Origin: an uncultured Planctomycetota bacterium
Lineage (GTDB): Bacteria > JAJVIF01 > JAPKYR01
Length of the DNA: 35,171 bases
Direction: 5' to 3'
NCBI GenBank assembly: GCA_964387135.1
Contig: CAYLVL010000002.1
Coordinates: 1-35,171, forward strand
A model generated the notes under the pieces. It was not told the DNA's origin. It made no database searches and was given only the letters and a program-made list of their open reading frames with translations. The translations under genes were made by a program, and so were the position numbers. This document shows positions 7,247-16,833 of this stretch, piece after piece. How positions within the stretch are numbered: position 1 is the first letter of the stretch; each line of letters opens with the position of its first letter.

Positions 7247-9772
7247 ATGCGTTCACTGCGCTACCTAGCCACGGCCATACTGGCGGTCGCAATGCTCTTT
7301 CTATACCAGATGGCCTGTGGCGGTCCGAATAATCCGGTCAACACTCGCATCGATCCCGAGAACCCGGTCGCGAGGGACACCACTGGCGCTCGCGTCCTCT
7401 GGGGACTCTGGGACGTCGTGCTGGATGGCGATGCGCTCGAGTTCGAGGTGGTTCCGGTTCGAGGAGCCGCTTTTCGGGCGAACCTGAACAGCTTCATGGA
7501 GCCGCCCGCAGGCTCCCCGGGCAATCTCGGAATCCAGATCCTGGATCTCTCCAAGATCTACCAGACCGGCGAGTGCTCTGTCAGGGTCAGCCTGACCCAT
7601 CCCTTCCCGGGGTTGTACACCTATACCGGATTTGACGTCAGGGGTGTGTTTATCCACAACGGCAGCAGGACGTCCAAGTATTCATCCGCCCTCAGCATGG
7701 CCGATCCCAGCAGTGGCACCGATGCCGTCCTTCTGAACGCGGACGGCTACACGCGCTGGTTCAATCGAATGGAATTCAGGGATGAGGGGCTTCTCGGCTA
7801 CACGCCCGGAGTCCTGGGCCACGAGCTTAGCTGGTCCGCGCATCTGAATCCATACAAGGCGTTTGCGGACGGTCTGGGGGAGGGGAGTGATTTCGCCACA
7901 TGGCTGAGCGTTCCCGAGAATGAATCGCGGAGATGCATGTTCCGCCCGGGACACACGAACAATCGCGTCTACAATCTGCGGTTCCCGTTCGTCCAGGGCG
8001 TGCCCGCCGTTCGATTCCAGTATGCCGTGACGGCAAGCTGGAGCAAGCCCGATCCCGACCCACCGATCAACATCCCGGGCCACTTTCCTCCGCAGGCAAA
8101 TGCTCAGGAGGCTTACTGCATCAGTGTCGTGGATGCCGGCAGCACACTGTGGTTCAAGGAGATCGAGTTCGAGAGGGGCAGGGACATGTATATCGGTCAG
8201 CAGTCCGGTGGTGATCTCAAGCTCAGGGTCGAGGTGTTCGATCACCAGGCTTCCGGCGGCAGTGTGACCGGACAGATCGCGCGGATGGGCATCACAAGCA
8301 TGAGCAATCTCATACCGGGTACTAACAACACCATGTGGTTTTATCCCGATGATTTGGAGGAGATGGTTATTGCAGGAGAGGGAACGAATTCGAGCACTGC
8401 CTACCTGATCCAGATCGAGGATCTGAAACCCGCGTCTCTGAACAAGCAGGAGTTCCTGATCGTGGTCGAGTCGGCATCGCCGACGACCTACAATCAGGGC
8501 TTCGGGACAATGGCGCCGAGCAGTCCGCCCCTGGCCGCTTATTGTCTCTATTTGCAGACGGTTCACAGCCAGGTCCCATGCCCGTCGGATATCGCCTTCA
8601 ACTCCGTCAGCAAAATCAACACGGTCTCTCTGGACACAACCGAATTCGCCGGCGAGCGTACCGTCGCTGTGAGAGACCAGTGGCTGTTCGCGGTATGGTG
8701 CCAGGAAATCAACGCTAATGACCGGGACATTCTCTTCGCACGGTCCTGGAACGGCGGCTCAACATGGTCCTCGCCGGTGGAGGTCAATCCCCCGGACACC
8801 ACCGGCAACCAGGAGTCGCCGAGCCTTGCCGTTCCTCCTTCAGGAGCGCTCTACGTTGCCTACAGGGACTCGAGCGTGAGTCCCGCCCGGATTGTAGCCT
8901 GCCGCAGCGCCGACATTGGCATGAACTGGACTGATCACTCCACGGTCCACGACAACAGCCCTACCGGCACTCAATGGGGTGACTGGCCGGTCATAGGTGT
9001 CGACGAGGATCACCTCGTGCACTGCTGCTGGGTCGACAACCGGCTCGGGTATCCTGTCATTTTTCACTCCCGGGCGCAGGACGGGATGGGCTGGAGCGCG
9101 GATATCCAGGTCAACGACGGTTATGCGCCCGTGATGGACGATCAGGACGCAATCGATATGTTCGTTGATTCGTGGGGTACTGTCCATGCCGTGTGGTCCG
9201 ACCTCAGGAACACAATGCAGGGCTACGGGACGACCATCTACTACGATCGGTTTGATGAGGATGGGATACGGTGGGGCACCGATGTGCGTGTTGACCACGA
9301 CAACAGCGGCCCCTACGCATCCACCAGCCCGACCATCGCCGTCGATAATGCAGGCGAGATTCATGTGGCCTGGATCGACAACCGCGATACGGCAGGGGGC
9401 AATCACTATCTTTACTATACGCGAAGCGAGAATAACGGCCTGTCATTCCTGAGCGAAGTGCGGGTATTCGATGCCGCTGCAACAAGCAGTCCGGAGGGTA
9501 TGCTGGGTCCCGGAGGCGTGCCCTATCTTGTATTTCACGCCACCTACAGGTACACGGACCAGCGGGTCCTGTTCCTGTATACATGCGACGGCGGTGACGA
9601 TTTCATCGGCCCGCTGAACGTCATCTCCGGCTCCAGCGGCGTGAGATCGCCCGGAGGCATGGTCGGTGAAGACGGGACGGTATGCCTCTATTACATCGAG
9701 AGACTTCTAAACCCGCTGAGCGTCGATTTCTTCCTCTCCACCGGTGAGCCTGTCTTCCCGCTCGATTTCTGA
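7247..9772 (+). CDS. secreted (possibly lipid-anchored) protein with a C-terminal BNR/Asp-box beta-propeller (sialidase-like fold)
   Basis: Signal peptide ending ...LYQMAC-GG. About six Asp-box-like motifs in the last ~370 aa (SWNGGSTW, SADIGMNW, AQDGMGW, DEDGIRW, SENNGLSF, CDGGDDF). The N-terminal ~450 aa is unassigned. RBS AGGAGG lies upstream of the ATG. Confidence 0.7.
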   Translation: MRSLRYLATAILAVAMLFLYQMACGGPNNPVNTRIDPENPVARDTTGARVLWGLWDVVLDGDALEFEVVPVRGAAFRANLNSFMEPPAGSPGNLGIQILDLSKIYQTGECSVRVSLTHPFPGLYTYTGFDVRGVFIHNGSRTSKYSSALSMADPSSGTDAVLLNADGYTRWFNRMEFRDEGLLGYTPGVLGHELSWSAHLNPYKAFADGLGEGSDFATWLSVPENESRRCMFRPGHTNNRVYNLRFPFVQGVPAVRFQYAVTASWSKPDPDPPINIPGHFPPQANAQEAYCISVVDAGSTLWFKEIEFERGRDMYIGQQSGGDLKLRVEVFDHQASGGSVTGQIARMGITSMSNLIPGTNNTMWFYPDDLEEMVIAGEGTNSSTAYLIQIEDLKPASLNKQEFLIVVESASPTTYNQGFGTMAPSSPPLAAYCLYLQTVHSQVPCPSDIAFNSVSKINTVSLDTTEFAGERTVAVRDQWLFAVWCQEINANDRDILFARSWNGGSTWSSPVEVNPPDTTGNQESPSLAVPPSGALYVAYRDSSVSPARIVACRSADIGMNWTDHSTVHDNSPTGTQWGDWPVIGVDEDHLVHCCWVDNRLGYPVIFHSRAQDGMGWSADIQVNDGYAPVMDDQDAIDMFVDSWGTVHAVWSDLRNTMQGYGTTIYYDRFDEDGIRWGTDVRVDHDNSGPYASTSPTIAVDNAGEIHVAWIDNRDTAGGNHYLYYTRSENNGLSFLSEVRVFDAAATSSPEGMLGPGGVPYLVFHATYRYTDQRVLFLYTCDGGDDFIGPLNVISGSSGVRSPGGMVGEDGTVCLYYIERLLNPLSVDFFLSTGEPVFPLDF

Positions 9773-9887
9773 CGGCGCCCCGGGGTTCATCGGAGCAGAC
9801 CATAACTGTGATAAAATCATTCGCCCTGTGACCGGAGCCGCTACCGGTCCGGGCGCTTTGCGTTTCACTCGACCGGGAGGTGTCCTG

Positions 9888-11084
9888 ATGGATTTCGACT
9901 ACACCGACGAGCAGAAGATGCTCAGGCGGACCGTGAGGGAGTTCGCCGACGAGCACCTACGGCCCTACGCAGCCGGGTGGGATCGCACCGCCGAGTTCCC
10001 GCTGGACCTGATTCCCATCCTCGCCGACATGGGATTCATGGGAGCCACGATCCCGGAGAATTACGGCGGTTCGGGACTCGATTTCATCTCCGTCGCCATC
10101 CTCGACGAGGAGATCAATGCCGCATGCTCGTCGGTCAGGACTCTGGTCAGCGTTCATTCGGGACTGGTCGCCGCGACGCTGGTCGAATGGGCGTCCGACG
10201 AGCAGAAGGAGTACTACCTTCCGAAACTGGCGAAAGCCGAGATGATCGGCTGCTACGGCCTTACAGAGCCGAACGCCGGGAGCTGGGCGGTCAACCAGGA
10301 AACGACGGTGGTCGATGACGGCGACGATATCATCGTCAACGGCACCAAGATCTGGATCTCCAACGGGCAGCTTGCCAATCTGTGCCTTGCGTTCGGTCAG
10401 TCCGATCCGGAGAAGAAGCACGCCGGTATAGTCGGCTTCCTCGTCGAGAAAGGCACCCCCGGATTCAGGATAGGGCAGGACCTTCCGAAGATGGGGGGAC
10501 GTGCCAACCACGCCACCGAGCTTATCTTCGAGGACTGCCGCATCCCAAAGCGGAACATTATTGGGGGCTGGGGTAACGGGTTCAAGGTGGCGATGTCGGC
10601 GCTCGATCATGGCCGCTACTCGGTCGCGGCGGGATCGGTGGGGCTGGCGCAGGAATGTCTGGATCTCGCCATCGCGTACGCAAAGGAGCGCGTCACATAC
10701 GGGAAGCCCATCGCACATCACCAGGCGATTCAGTTCAAGATCGCCGACATGGCGCTACAGGTCGATGCCGCACGGCTGCTGGTCTACCGTTGCGGTCATC
10801 TGAAGAACCGGGGCATACGCTCGACACGGGAGACCGCCATGTGCAAGTGGTATGCCACAGACATGGCCAACCGTGTTGCCTACGAGTGCATGCAGATATT
10901 CGGGGCGTACGGTTACTCGACCGACTACCCGGTCGAGCGGTTGTACCGCGACATAAGGGTTACCTCGATCTATGAGGGCACAAACGAGATGCAGCAATTG
11001 ATAGTGGCCGGATACGAGCTTGGATTCACGAGGGACAAGGCCACGCCTTCCCAGAGGCCGAAGGAGACCTGGGAGGTTGTCTAG
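9888..11084 (+). CDS. acyl-CoA dehydrogenase
   Basis: MDFDYTDEQKMLRRTVREFADE N-terminus, GCYGLTEPNAGS, and IYEGTNEMQQLIVA catalytic-glutamate region. Start set at the ATG at 9888, preceded by GGGAGG (9875-9880), not at the ORF-track start 9744. Confidence 0.9.
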   Translation: MDFDYTDEQKMLRRTVREFADEHLRPYAAGWDRTAEFPLDLIPILADMGFMGATIPENYGGSGLDFISVAILDEEINAACSSVRTLVSVHSGLVAATLVEWASDEQKEYYLPKLAKAEMIGCYGLTEPNAGSWAVNQETTVVDDGDDIIVNGTKIWISNGQLANLCLAFGQSDPEKKHAGIVGFLVEKGTPGFRIGQDLPKMGGRANHATELIFEDCRIPKRNIIGGWGNGFKVAMSALDHGRYSVAAGSVGLAQECLDLAIAYAKERVTYGKPIAHHQAIQFKIADMALQVDAARLLVYRCGHLKNRGIRSTRETAMCKWYATDMANRVAYECMQIFGAYGYSTDYPVERLYRDIRVTSIYEGTNEMQQLIVAGYELGFTRDKATPSQRPKETWEVV

Positions 11085-13723
11085 CGAATCATCGGGTCAT
11101 CATTGTCGCCCGGTTTCGAGGAGATCTCGACCTCCCGGGCGTTCTCGATAGCCTCATCGATCGCTCTCACGATCTCGTCTTTCTTGTAGGGTTTGGCAAT
11201 GAATCCCGCGGCGCCCGCCTGCATACCCTTGTCAATGGCGTCGGGCTCGGCCTTACCCGACACGAAGATGATCGGGATGTTGGCCGTAGACTCATCCGAC
11301 TTGAGCGAGATTAGCAGGCTCAATCCGTCCATGCCGGGCATCATCCAGTCGAGAAGCACCAGATCGAAGTCACCTTCGCGCACGGCCTTGATTCCATCGT
11401 CGCCGCACGATGCGGTCGCCACCTCGTAGCGATCCTCCAGTATCTTCTCCAGAAGCTGGGCGCTGAACACATCGTCGTCTATGATCAGAACCCTCTTCAT
11501 GCGATCCTCCCCCTGGTCCGTTGTTTCTCTTTCAGGCACCCCCGCCTCGACACGTTCTTCCCCGGGCTTGACTGCTCCAGCGTCGGCCTGAACCTTGGCC
11601 AGGTCCAGCGTGACCGTAAACACCGAGCCCTTGCCCGGCTCGCTGTCCACCTCGATCCTCCCTCCCATTCTCTCCACAAGCTCCTTGGCTATCGCCAACC
11701 CCAGTCCCGCGCCCTCGTGTTTTCTCGTGTTGATGTTCTCTATCTGGTAGAAACGCTCGAAGATGTACGGGAGATCCTCCTCGCGTATGCCGATGCCGTT
11801 GTCGCGGACGGCGATATGCCCCCGCCCGTCCTTGACATATGCCTTCAACGTTATCTCCACGCGGTCCCCGGAGTACTTGATGCTGTTCCCCACGAGATTC
11901 TGCACCACCTGTCGAAGCCTTGACGGATCGGCTCTCACGTTGAAATCCTCCGCATCCACTGTGATCTCGGTCTCCTTCGACTGCTCGATCTCCCGGTACG
12001 GCCTAACGACTTCTTCGAGGAAGCTCGCAATCTCGACCGATTCAAGTCTGACTCCAAGCGTGCCGTGCTCTATCCGGTTGAGCTGGAGGATATCGTCGAT
12101 TAATTTTTTGAGGGATTCGGCCCTTGAGCGGATGGTCTCGAGCGGTTCCACTATCACGTCCGGAAGCTCGCCGAAAGTCCCGGACAGCAGCAATTCCGTG
12201 TAGCCTATGATCGGAACGAGGGGAGTGCGGAGCTCGTGCGACACCATCGAAAGGAATTCGCTCTTGACCGCGAGGCTCGCTTCCAGTTTCTCGGTGCGCT
12301 TGCGCTCGGTAATGTCCCTGAACACCTCGAATGTCCCTATGAATCCGCCTTTGTCGTCTCTTCTCGGCGTTATTGTCACCAGCAGCGTCCGACGCTCGTT
12401 CTTTGCATTTGTGATTTCGAGCTCGTAGGTGCGCTTGCCGTATTTCCTGCACTCCTTCCTTGCCACTCGCGCGATTTCCATGCTCTCCGCCTGGACGAAG
12501 TCCTGTAGCCTCTTGCCGACAAGCTCCCCTGATTCGAGGCCGAAAATTTCGCATGCAGCAGGATTCGCGTAGTTGAACCTCTCCACCCGATCCACCGTGA
12601 CCACGCCTTCGCCCTGGTTCTCGATGAGCATCTCGATCTGGTTTGATTTTCTGATCAGCTGCTGCTCCGATTCTTCGAGGGACTGGAGCATGCGGTTGAT
12701 CTCCTGCCCGAGAATCGCAAGCTCGTCCTTGCTGTCGAGGTAGATTCTCGCGGAGAGATCGCTGTTCTTTCCGATCTCGCTCACTGTCCTGATCAGGTGA
12801 GACAGCGGAGACAGAACCAGCCTCTCAAGGAAAACGAGTGTTACAGTGCCGAGAACGAATCCGACAACCAGCACCATCCAGGTAAGTCTGGCCGTGCCCG
12901 ACTTTGCCTGAAGATAGGCGGTTCGCGGAACCTCGACTCTCAGCATGAGGATCGGCTCACTGAAGATATCCGGCACTACAGTGTAGCCCGTCATCTCGGT
13001 ATCTGAGAGCCTTTGGACGAAGTATTGCCGGCCCGCAGACCATGCCCCCCACGCGATGTGCACGTCGGCCGGGGCATTGCTGTCATTTGCCGGATGGATT
13101 GAAAGGGGAGCCCCGACAGCCTCCGCAAGAGCATCAACCTCCGATTCGTCAAGCTTGCGGGCCATTACCAGCGTGCCGAGCGAAACCGCGCGGTGAGAAG
13201 GCGTCCTGACGGCTACCGAACCAATAAGCAGCGGCAGTCCTCGGTACAGATACACTCCTGCTTCGTCTCCATCCGGCTGAGCAGCAGAGCTCAGGGCGGC
13301 GGTTATCTCGGGCAGCGCAAGCAGCAGCTCGTCCGGTATCCCCGTTTCGTTGTCGCCGATCAGATCGAGTCCTTGGGCACAAATGGGATTCTCATCGGGA
13401 TCCAGGAACGCAATCAGGTTCAACCCAAGCTCCTCCATGGTGGAGGTGTTGATGTACGTGTCGATGTATTCCTGGTTTCTTTCCTCCATGAACCGGCGAG
13501 TCTCATCCTGGAGAGACCATTCAACGAGCGTTCTGCTCAGATCATCGAGAGCCTCGTCGAGCGCATTGACGGTCCTGTCGAGGTAAGCGTGCACCTCGGC
13601 ATCCTCGGCAACCTTGACGGTGTGCCTGTACCTCAGGACAATCTGCGAGGCAGTGAAGAGTATCACGATCATCGCTACGATCGTGATGCCGAGGATGAGC
13701 AATGTCTTCCTGCGCAGTGACAT
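11081..13723 (-). CDS. hybrid sensor histidine kinase (TM, periplasmic sensor, TM, HAMP, PAS, HisKA, HATPase_c, receiver)
   Basis: H-box SHELRTPL, G-boxes (GIGIREEDL, GAGLGLAIAKE) and a C-terminal receiver (RVLIIDDD ... DLVLLDWMMPGMDG ... FVSGK). Start set at the ATG at 13723 (MSLRRKTLLILG...). The stop overlaps the convergent ACAD stop by 4 nt. Confidence 0.9.
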   Translation of the reverse strand: MSLRRKTLLILGITIVAMIVILFTASQIVLRYRHTVKVAEDAEVHAYLDRTVNALDEALDDLSRTLVEWSLQDETRRFMEERNQEYIDTYINTSTMEELGLNLIAFLDPDENPICAQGLDLIGDNETGIPDELLLALPEITAALSSAAQPDGDEAGVYLYRGLPLLIGSVAVRTPSHRAVSLGTLVMARKLDESEVDALAEAVGAPLSIHPANDSNAPADVHIAWGAWSAGRQYFVQRLSDTEMTGYTVVPDIFSEPILMLRVEVPRTAYLQAKSGTARLTWMVLVVGFVLGTVTLVFLERLVLSPLSHLIRTVSEIGKNSDLSARIYLDSKDELAILGQEINRMLQSLEESEQQLIRKSNQIEMLIENQGEGVVTVDRVERFNYANPAACEIFGLESGELVGKRLQDFVQAESMEIARVARKECRKYGKRTYELEITNAKNERRTLLVTITPRRDDKGGFIGTFEVFRDITERKRTEKLEASLAVKSEFLSMVSHELRTPLVPIIGYTELLLSGTFGELPDVIVEPLETIRSRAESLKKLIDDILQLNRIEHGTLGVRLESVEIASFLEEVVRPYREIEQSKETEITVDAEDFNVRADPSRLRQVVQNLVGNSIKYSGDRVEITLKAYVKDGRGHIAVRDNGIGIREEDLPYIFERFYQIENINTRKHEGAGLGLAIAKELVERMGGRIEVDSEPGKGSVFTVTLDLAKVQADAGAVKPGEERVEAGVPERETTDQGEDRMKRVLIIDDDVFSAQLLEKILEDRYEVATASCGDDGIKAVREGDFDLVLLDWMMPGMDGLSLLISLKSDESTANIPIIFVSGKAEPDAIDKGMQAGAAGFIAKPYKKDEIVRAIDEAIENAREVEISSKPGDNDDPMIR

Positions 13724-13878
13724 AAAATCAGAGCGTGCAAAGCCGGGATCCGGGCAACATCCGCCGGAGAGCCCGCTTCGCATACCAATTCAAATTAGGG
13801 TCGTGCTACAGGGGGAGAGCACTAATCGTGAGTTTTAATCGATACGAATGCGGCAACGCTGAATATTGATGATCATGC

Positions 13879-13902
13879 TTCCGGTTGCTTATCGGATACA
13901 AT
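13879..13902 (+). promoter_or_regulatory. promoter-like element: TTCCGGTT palindrome, 10 nt, then TACAAT
   Basis: Read directly in the divergent intergenic region upstream of the 14034 gene. Same arrangement as at 3149-3171, 3300-3322 and 27056-27078. Confidence 0.3.
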
Positions 13903-14033
13903 CACTTTGAGTCGCTTTGGATAATTCTGAAAACCGGGCTTCGCGACTTCTCACAGCCCCTGTCGACGGGTAACATACGTGCAACCGGCAAATTATTGTC
14001 GCGTCAAATTCAAAGGACTATCGGAGAGACAAC

Positions 14034-14903
14034 ATGGCGGCACAACTCTCATACGCATCCTGCGGGACATACAGAAGCGGAACGGTCGATTATGAGGACC
14101 TGGCGGCCGATCTTGCGAATCGTCTCAGTGCCAGGCACATCCCCGCATGCTTCGTCAGGCGCGAAGCCCGTGAGGGACTCGAATTCGCGGAGCGTGTCGC
14201 CGCACAAATCCTGAGGCGCGGCGTCTTGCCCGTCGTGGAACTGAAGCAGGACGATCCGTCGCCGCCCATCAGGAATCTCGTTGAAACCTGCGCTCTCGGT
14301 GTTCTCCGTCTGGACTGGATGAATGGAAGCCCGGCGTTCGATGTCGGGAATGTCCTCGAAGTCCTGAATGGTGCCGGTAGATTCAGGCTTCCGGTTGATC
14401 TTCTCATCCATTTTGGGGACAGCCTGCCTTCACAGAACGATTTCGCTCCCTTCGTGGATCAGTTGGCCGAGTATACTAAGAAATACGGGCATGTGCAGGT
14501 TGTAAAGCTTGGATCGATGCCGGCGGACGCCGATGAAACCGTCGTTGATGAGGCACTGGGCCTGGTCAGGTCGATTCTGAATATCTGCCCGGGATCGATG
14601 GGGGCGGTTGGGCCTTTGCTCTGGGTCGGGTCTTCATCGGTCCGATCGCTCACGGGAGATCTTGGCCTGATTGAGGTGGACATGGAGGAATCAACCGAGC
14701 AGGAATACCGCTCCAACGATCTTAAGGAAGCGAGCCGGGTCGCGGATCGGTTCGGTATGCCGGTGATGCCGAGGCTTCCACTGACTGCGCGGTTCTACCG
14801 CAAGGGCTGGTATGCATTCGAGGTGGGAAAGGTCCTGGACGGCTGGGTGGATCGACGCGCTTTCAGACCCTACAGGGAACGTCCCGGCTGGCTCGAAGAT
14901 TAG
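14034..14903 (+). CDS. hypothetical protein (289 aa), family not recognised
   Basis: Long ORF with GC-rich third positions like its neighbours. No signal peptide, TM segment or catalytic motif that I can name. Confidence 0.6.
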   Translation: MAAQLSYASCGTYRSGTVDYEDLAADLANRLSARHIPACFVRREAREGLEFAERVAAQILRRGVLPVVELKQDDPSPPIRNLVETCALGVLRLDWMNGSPAFDVGNVLEVLNGAGRFRLPVDLLIHFGDSLPSQNDFAPFVDQLAEYTKKYGHVQVVKLGSMPADADETVVDEALGLVRSILNICPGSMGAVGPLLWVGSSSVRSLTGDLGLIEVDMEESTEQEYRSNDLKEASRVADRFGMPVMPRLPLTARFYRKGWYAFEVGKVLDGWVDRRAFRPYRERPGWLED

Positions 14904-15016
14904 CCGGGGCGGATTCAACTGCGATTCCCCTCTTCCCGTCAAGCACGTTTGACGCCCTTCATCGCCAGCAAGTACAATTCAACAGGGCATAAAACCGGTA
15001 TTCCCGGACCGATCGC

Positions 15017-15874
15017 ATGCATGTCGATCTCCACAGCCATTCAACCGCCAGCGACGGATCCTTCACCCCGTCCGAGCTGGCTGCCGCTTTCGCCGCACAC
15101 CAGATCAAGGTCGCCGCTCTTACCGATCACGATACCATGGGCGGAGTGGAGGAATTCCTCAGAGCATGCGAGAAACTCGGTATTATCGGGCTTGGCGGAA
15201 TTGAGTTCTCCACAGTGTTTCGCGGACTTGAAGTGCATCTCCTGGGATACGGTCTGCCGCTCGACGATCCGGGATGCGCCGATTTCCTGCAAAGCCATTA
15301 CGACTACCTTCAGACCAGATGCCGCAAAATCCTGAAGAAGCTCGCAAGATACGGTTACGAAGTGCCAATCGAGGAGGTCTATAAACAAAGCGATGGCAAT
15401 CCGCCGATGCCGCCGCATATTCTCAAAGCTCTTGGTGCCCGCGGGTATATCAATGATCTGGAGGAAGCAGTCAGGTTCTTCTCCGAATTCCTGACGTTCG
15501 GGTCAAGAGCCTGGGTGGATCACGAGACACCGCTTGAGAAGCCGCTGGGCATGCTGATCGACGTCGGCGCGATTGCCATCGTCGGCCATCCCCTGCGTTT
15601 TCCCGACCTTGAGTTCCTTGAACAAATCCTTGATGCGGGAGCGCACGGCTTCGAGCTTTACTATCCCGAGCAGACCGGCAAGCTGTTCGACGACCTTGAG
15701 GCTCTGGCTCGCAAACGTGGCTGCATCGTGACCGGCGGTTCCGACTATCATGGCGCCTTTTCGGACAGGGTGATCGGCGAAGTCGATGTTCCAATGGAAG
15801 TCGCCGTGCGACTCATGGAAGCGATCGGCATGGAAGTTCCGGCCACTCTTGCATGCGAGGAGGGATCGGGCTGA
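15017..15874 (+). CDS. PHP-domain phosphoesterase (TrpH/YciV-like)
   Basis: MHVDLHSHSTASDG ... LTDHDTMGG metal-binding motifs of the PHP family; GGSDYHG near the C-terminus. Confidence 0.85.
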   Translation: MHVDLHSHSTASDGSFTPSELAAAFAAHQIKVAALTDHDTMGGVEEFLRACEKLGIIGLGGIEFSTVFRGLEVHLLGYGLPLDDPGCADFLQSHYDYLQTRCRKILKKLARYGYEVPIEEVYKQSDGNPPMPPHILKALGARGYINDLEEAVRFFSEFLTFGSRAWVDHETPLEKPLGMLIDVGAIAIVGHPLRFPDLEFLEQILDAGAHGFELYYPEQTGKLFDDLEALARKRGCIVTGGSDYHGAFSDRVIGEVDVPMEVAVRLMEAIGMEVPATLACEEGSG

Positions 15875-16833
15875 TGCGAGTGGTCTTTCTGGGCACGGAC
15901 GATATCGGGGAGATCGCGCTCAGGGCGCTTGAGGAAAGCTCGCACCAGGTCATGCTTGTCGTGACCCGGCCCGATCGCCCGAAGGGCCGTGGCAGGAAAC
16001 TGGTTCCGGGCCTGGTTAGACTTGCCGCAGAGGAACTCGGAATCCCATTGATCCAGCCCGAATCCATAAAAGACGAAGCTGCTCGGGATGCAATCAATGA
16101 TGCAAAGCCTGACATCATTGCGGTCGTCAGCTATGGTGAATTCATCCCATCGTCGATCTCCGAGACTCCTCCTTACGGCTCGATTAATGTTCATCCGTCG
16201 CTTCTGCCCAGGTGGCGGGGTGCTGCACCGGTGCGATACGCTCTTCTGGAGGGAGATGAAATCACCGGTGTCAGTGTCCAGTATGTCCACAAGCGCATGG
16301 ACGCAGGCGATATCCTCCTTCAGGAGAAGATTCCGATTGAACCTGACGACGATCACGGGAGTCTTTGCGAGAAGCTGTATCCACTTGGTGCAAGGCTCTT
16401 GGTTCGCGCGATCGACGGTCTTGAAGCGGACGATATCGAGCCGGTTGCGCAGGACGAGTCGCAGGTGACGAAGGCTCCGAAAATCGAGAAAGACGACCTT
16501 TGGCTGGACTGGAGCCGTCATGCGATCGAAGTCCGAAATCGCATTCGAGCGTTCTCACCGGACCCGGGAGCAAGAACGATGTTCCGGGACGACCATTACA
16601 AGGTCATGGCGGCGGACAAGGACACACGATCAACAGAAGCGCAGGCCGAACCGGGCACAGTTGTGGAGCTGATAGATAACGGGCCCGTCGTCGTATGCGG
16701 CAATGGCGCGCTTCTGATTACATCAATTCAACCGCCGAGTAAGAAGCCGGTATCGGGCAGGGATTTCATCAACGGGTACCGGATCGAAGTCGGTGAGAAG
16801 TTCACCGGTCGGATCGATGGAGGAGACACGTGA
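15874..16833 (+). CDS. fmt: methionyl-tRNA formyltransferase
   Basis: MRVVFLGT ... VVTRPDRPKGRGRK ... NVHPSLLPRWRGAAP motifs. The ATG overlaps the upstream TGA (cTGATG); GAGGAGGG lies 10 nt upstream. Confidence 0.9.
   Translation: MRVVFLGTDDIGEIALRALEESSHQVMLVVTRPDRPKGRGRKLVPGLVRLAAEELGIPLIQPESIKDEAARDAINDAKPDIIAVVSYGEFIPSSISETPPYGSINVHPSLLPRWRGAAPVRYALLEGDEITGVSVQYVHKRMDAGDILLQEKIPIEPDDDHGSLCEKLYPLGARLLVRAIDGLEADDIEPVAQDESQVTKAPKIEKDDLWLDWSRHAIEVRNRIRAFSPDPGARTMFRDDHYKVMAADKDTRSTEAQAEPGTVVELIDNGPVVVCGNGALLITSIQPPSKKPVSGRDFINGYRIEVGEKFTGRIDGGDT

Noticed and set aside
9744-9887. 48-codon N-terminal extension of the acyl-CoA dehydrogenase (ORF-track start at 9744)
   Set aside because: The extension overlaps the end of the upstream gene and is not ACAD-like. 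The ATG at 9888 has a GGGAGG RBS and yields the canonical MDFDYTDEQ N-terminus.
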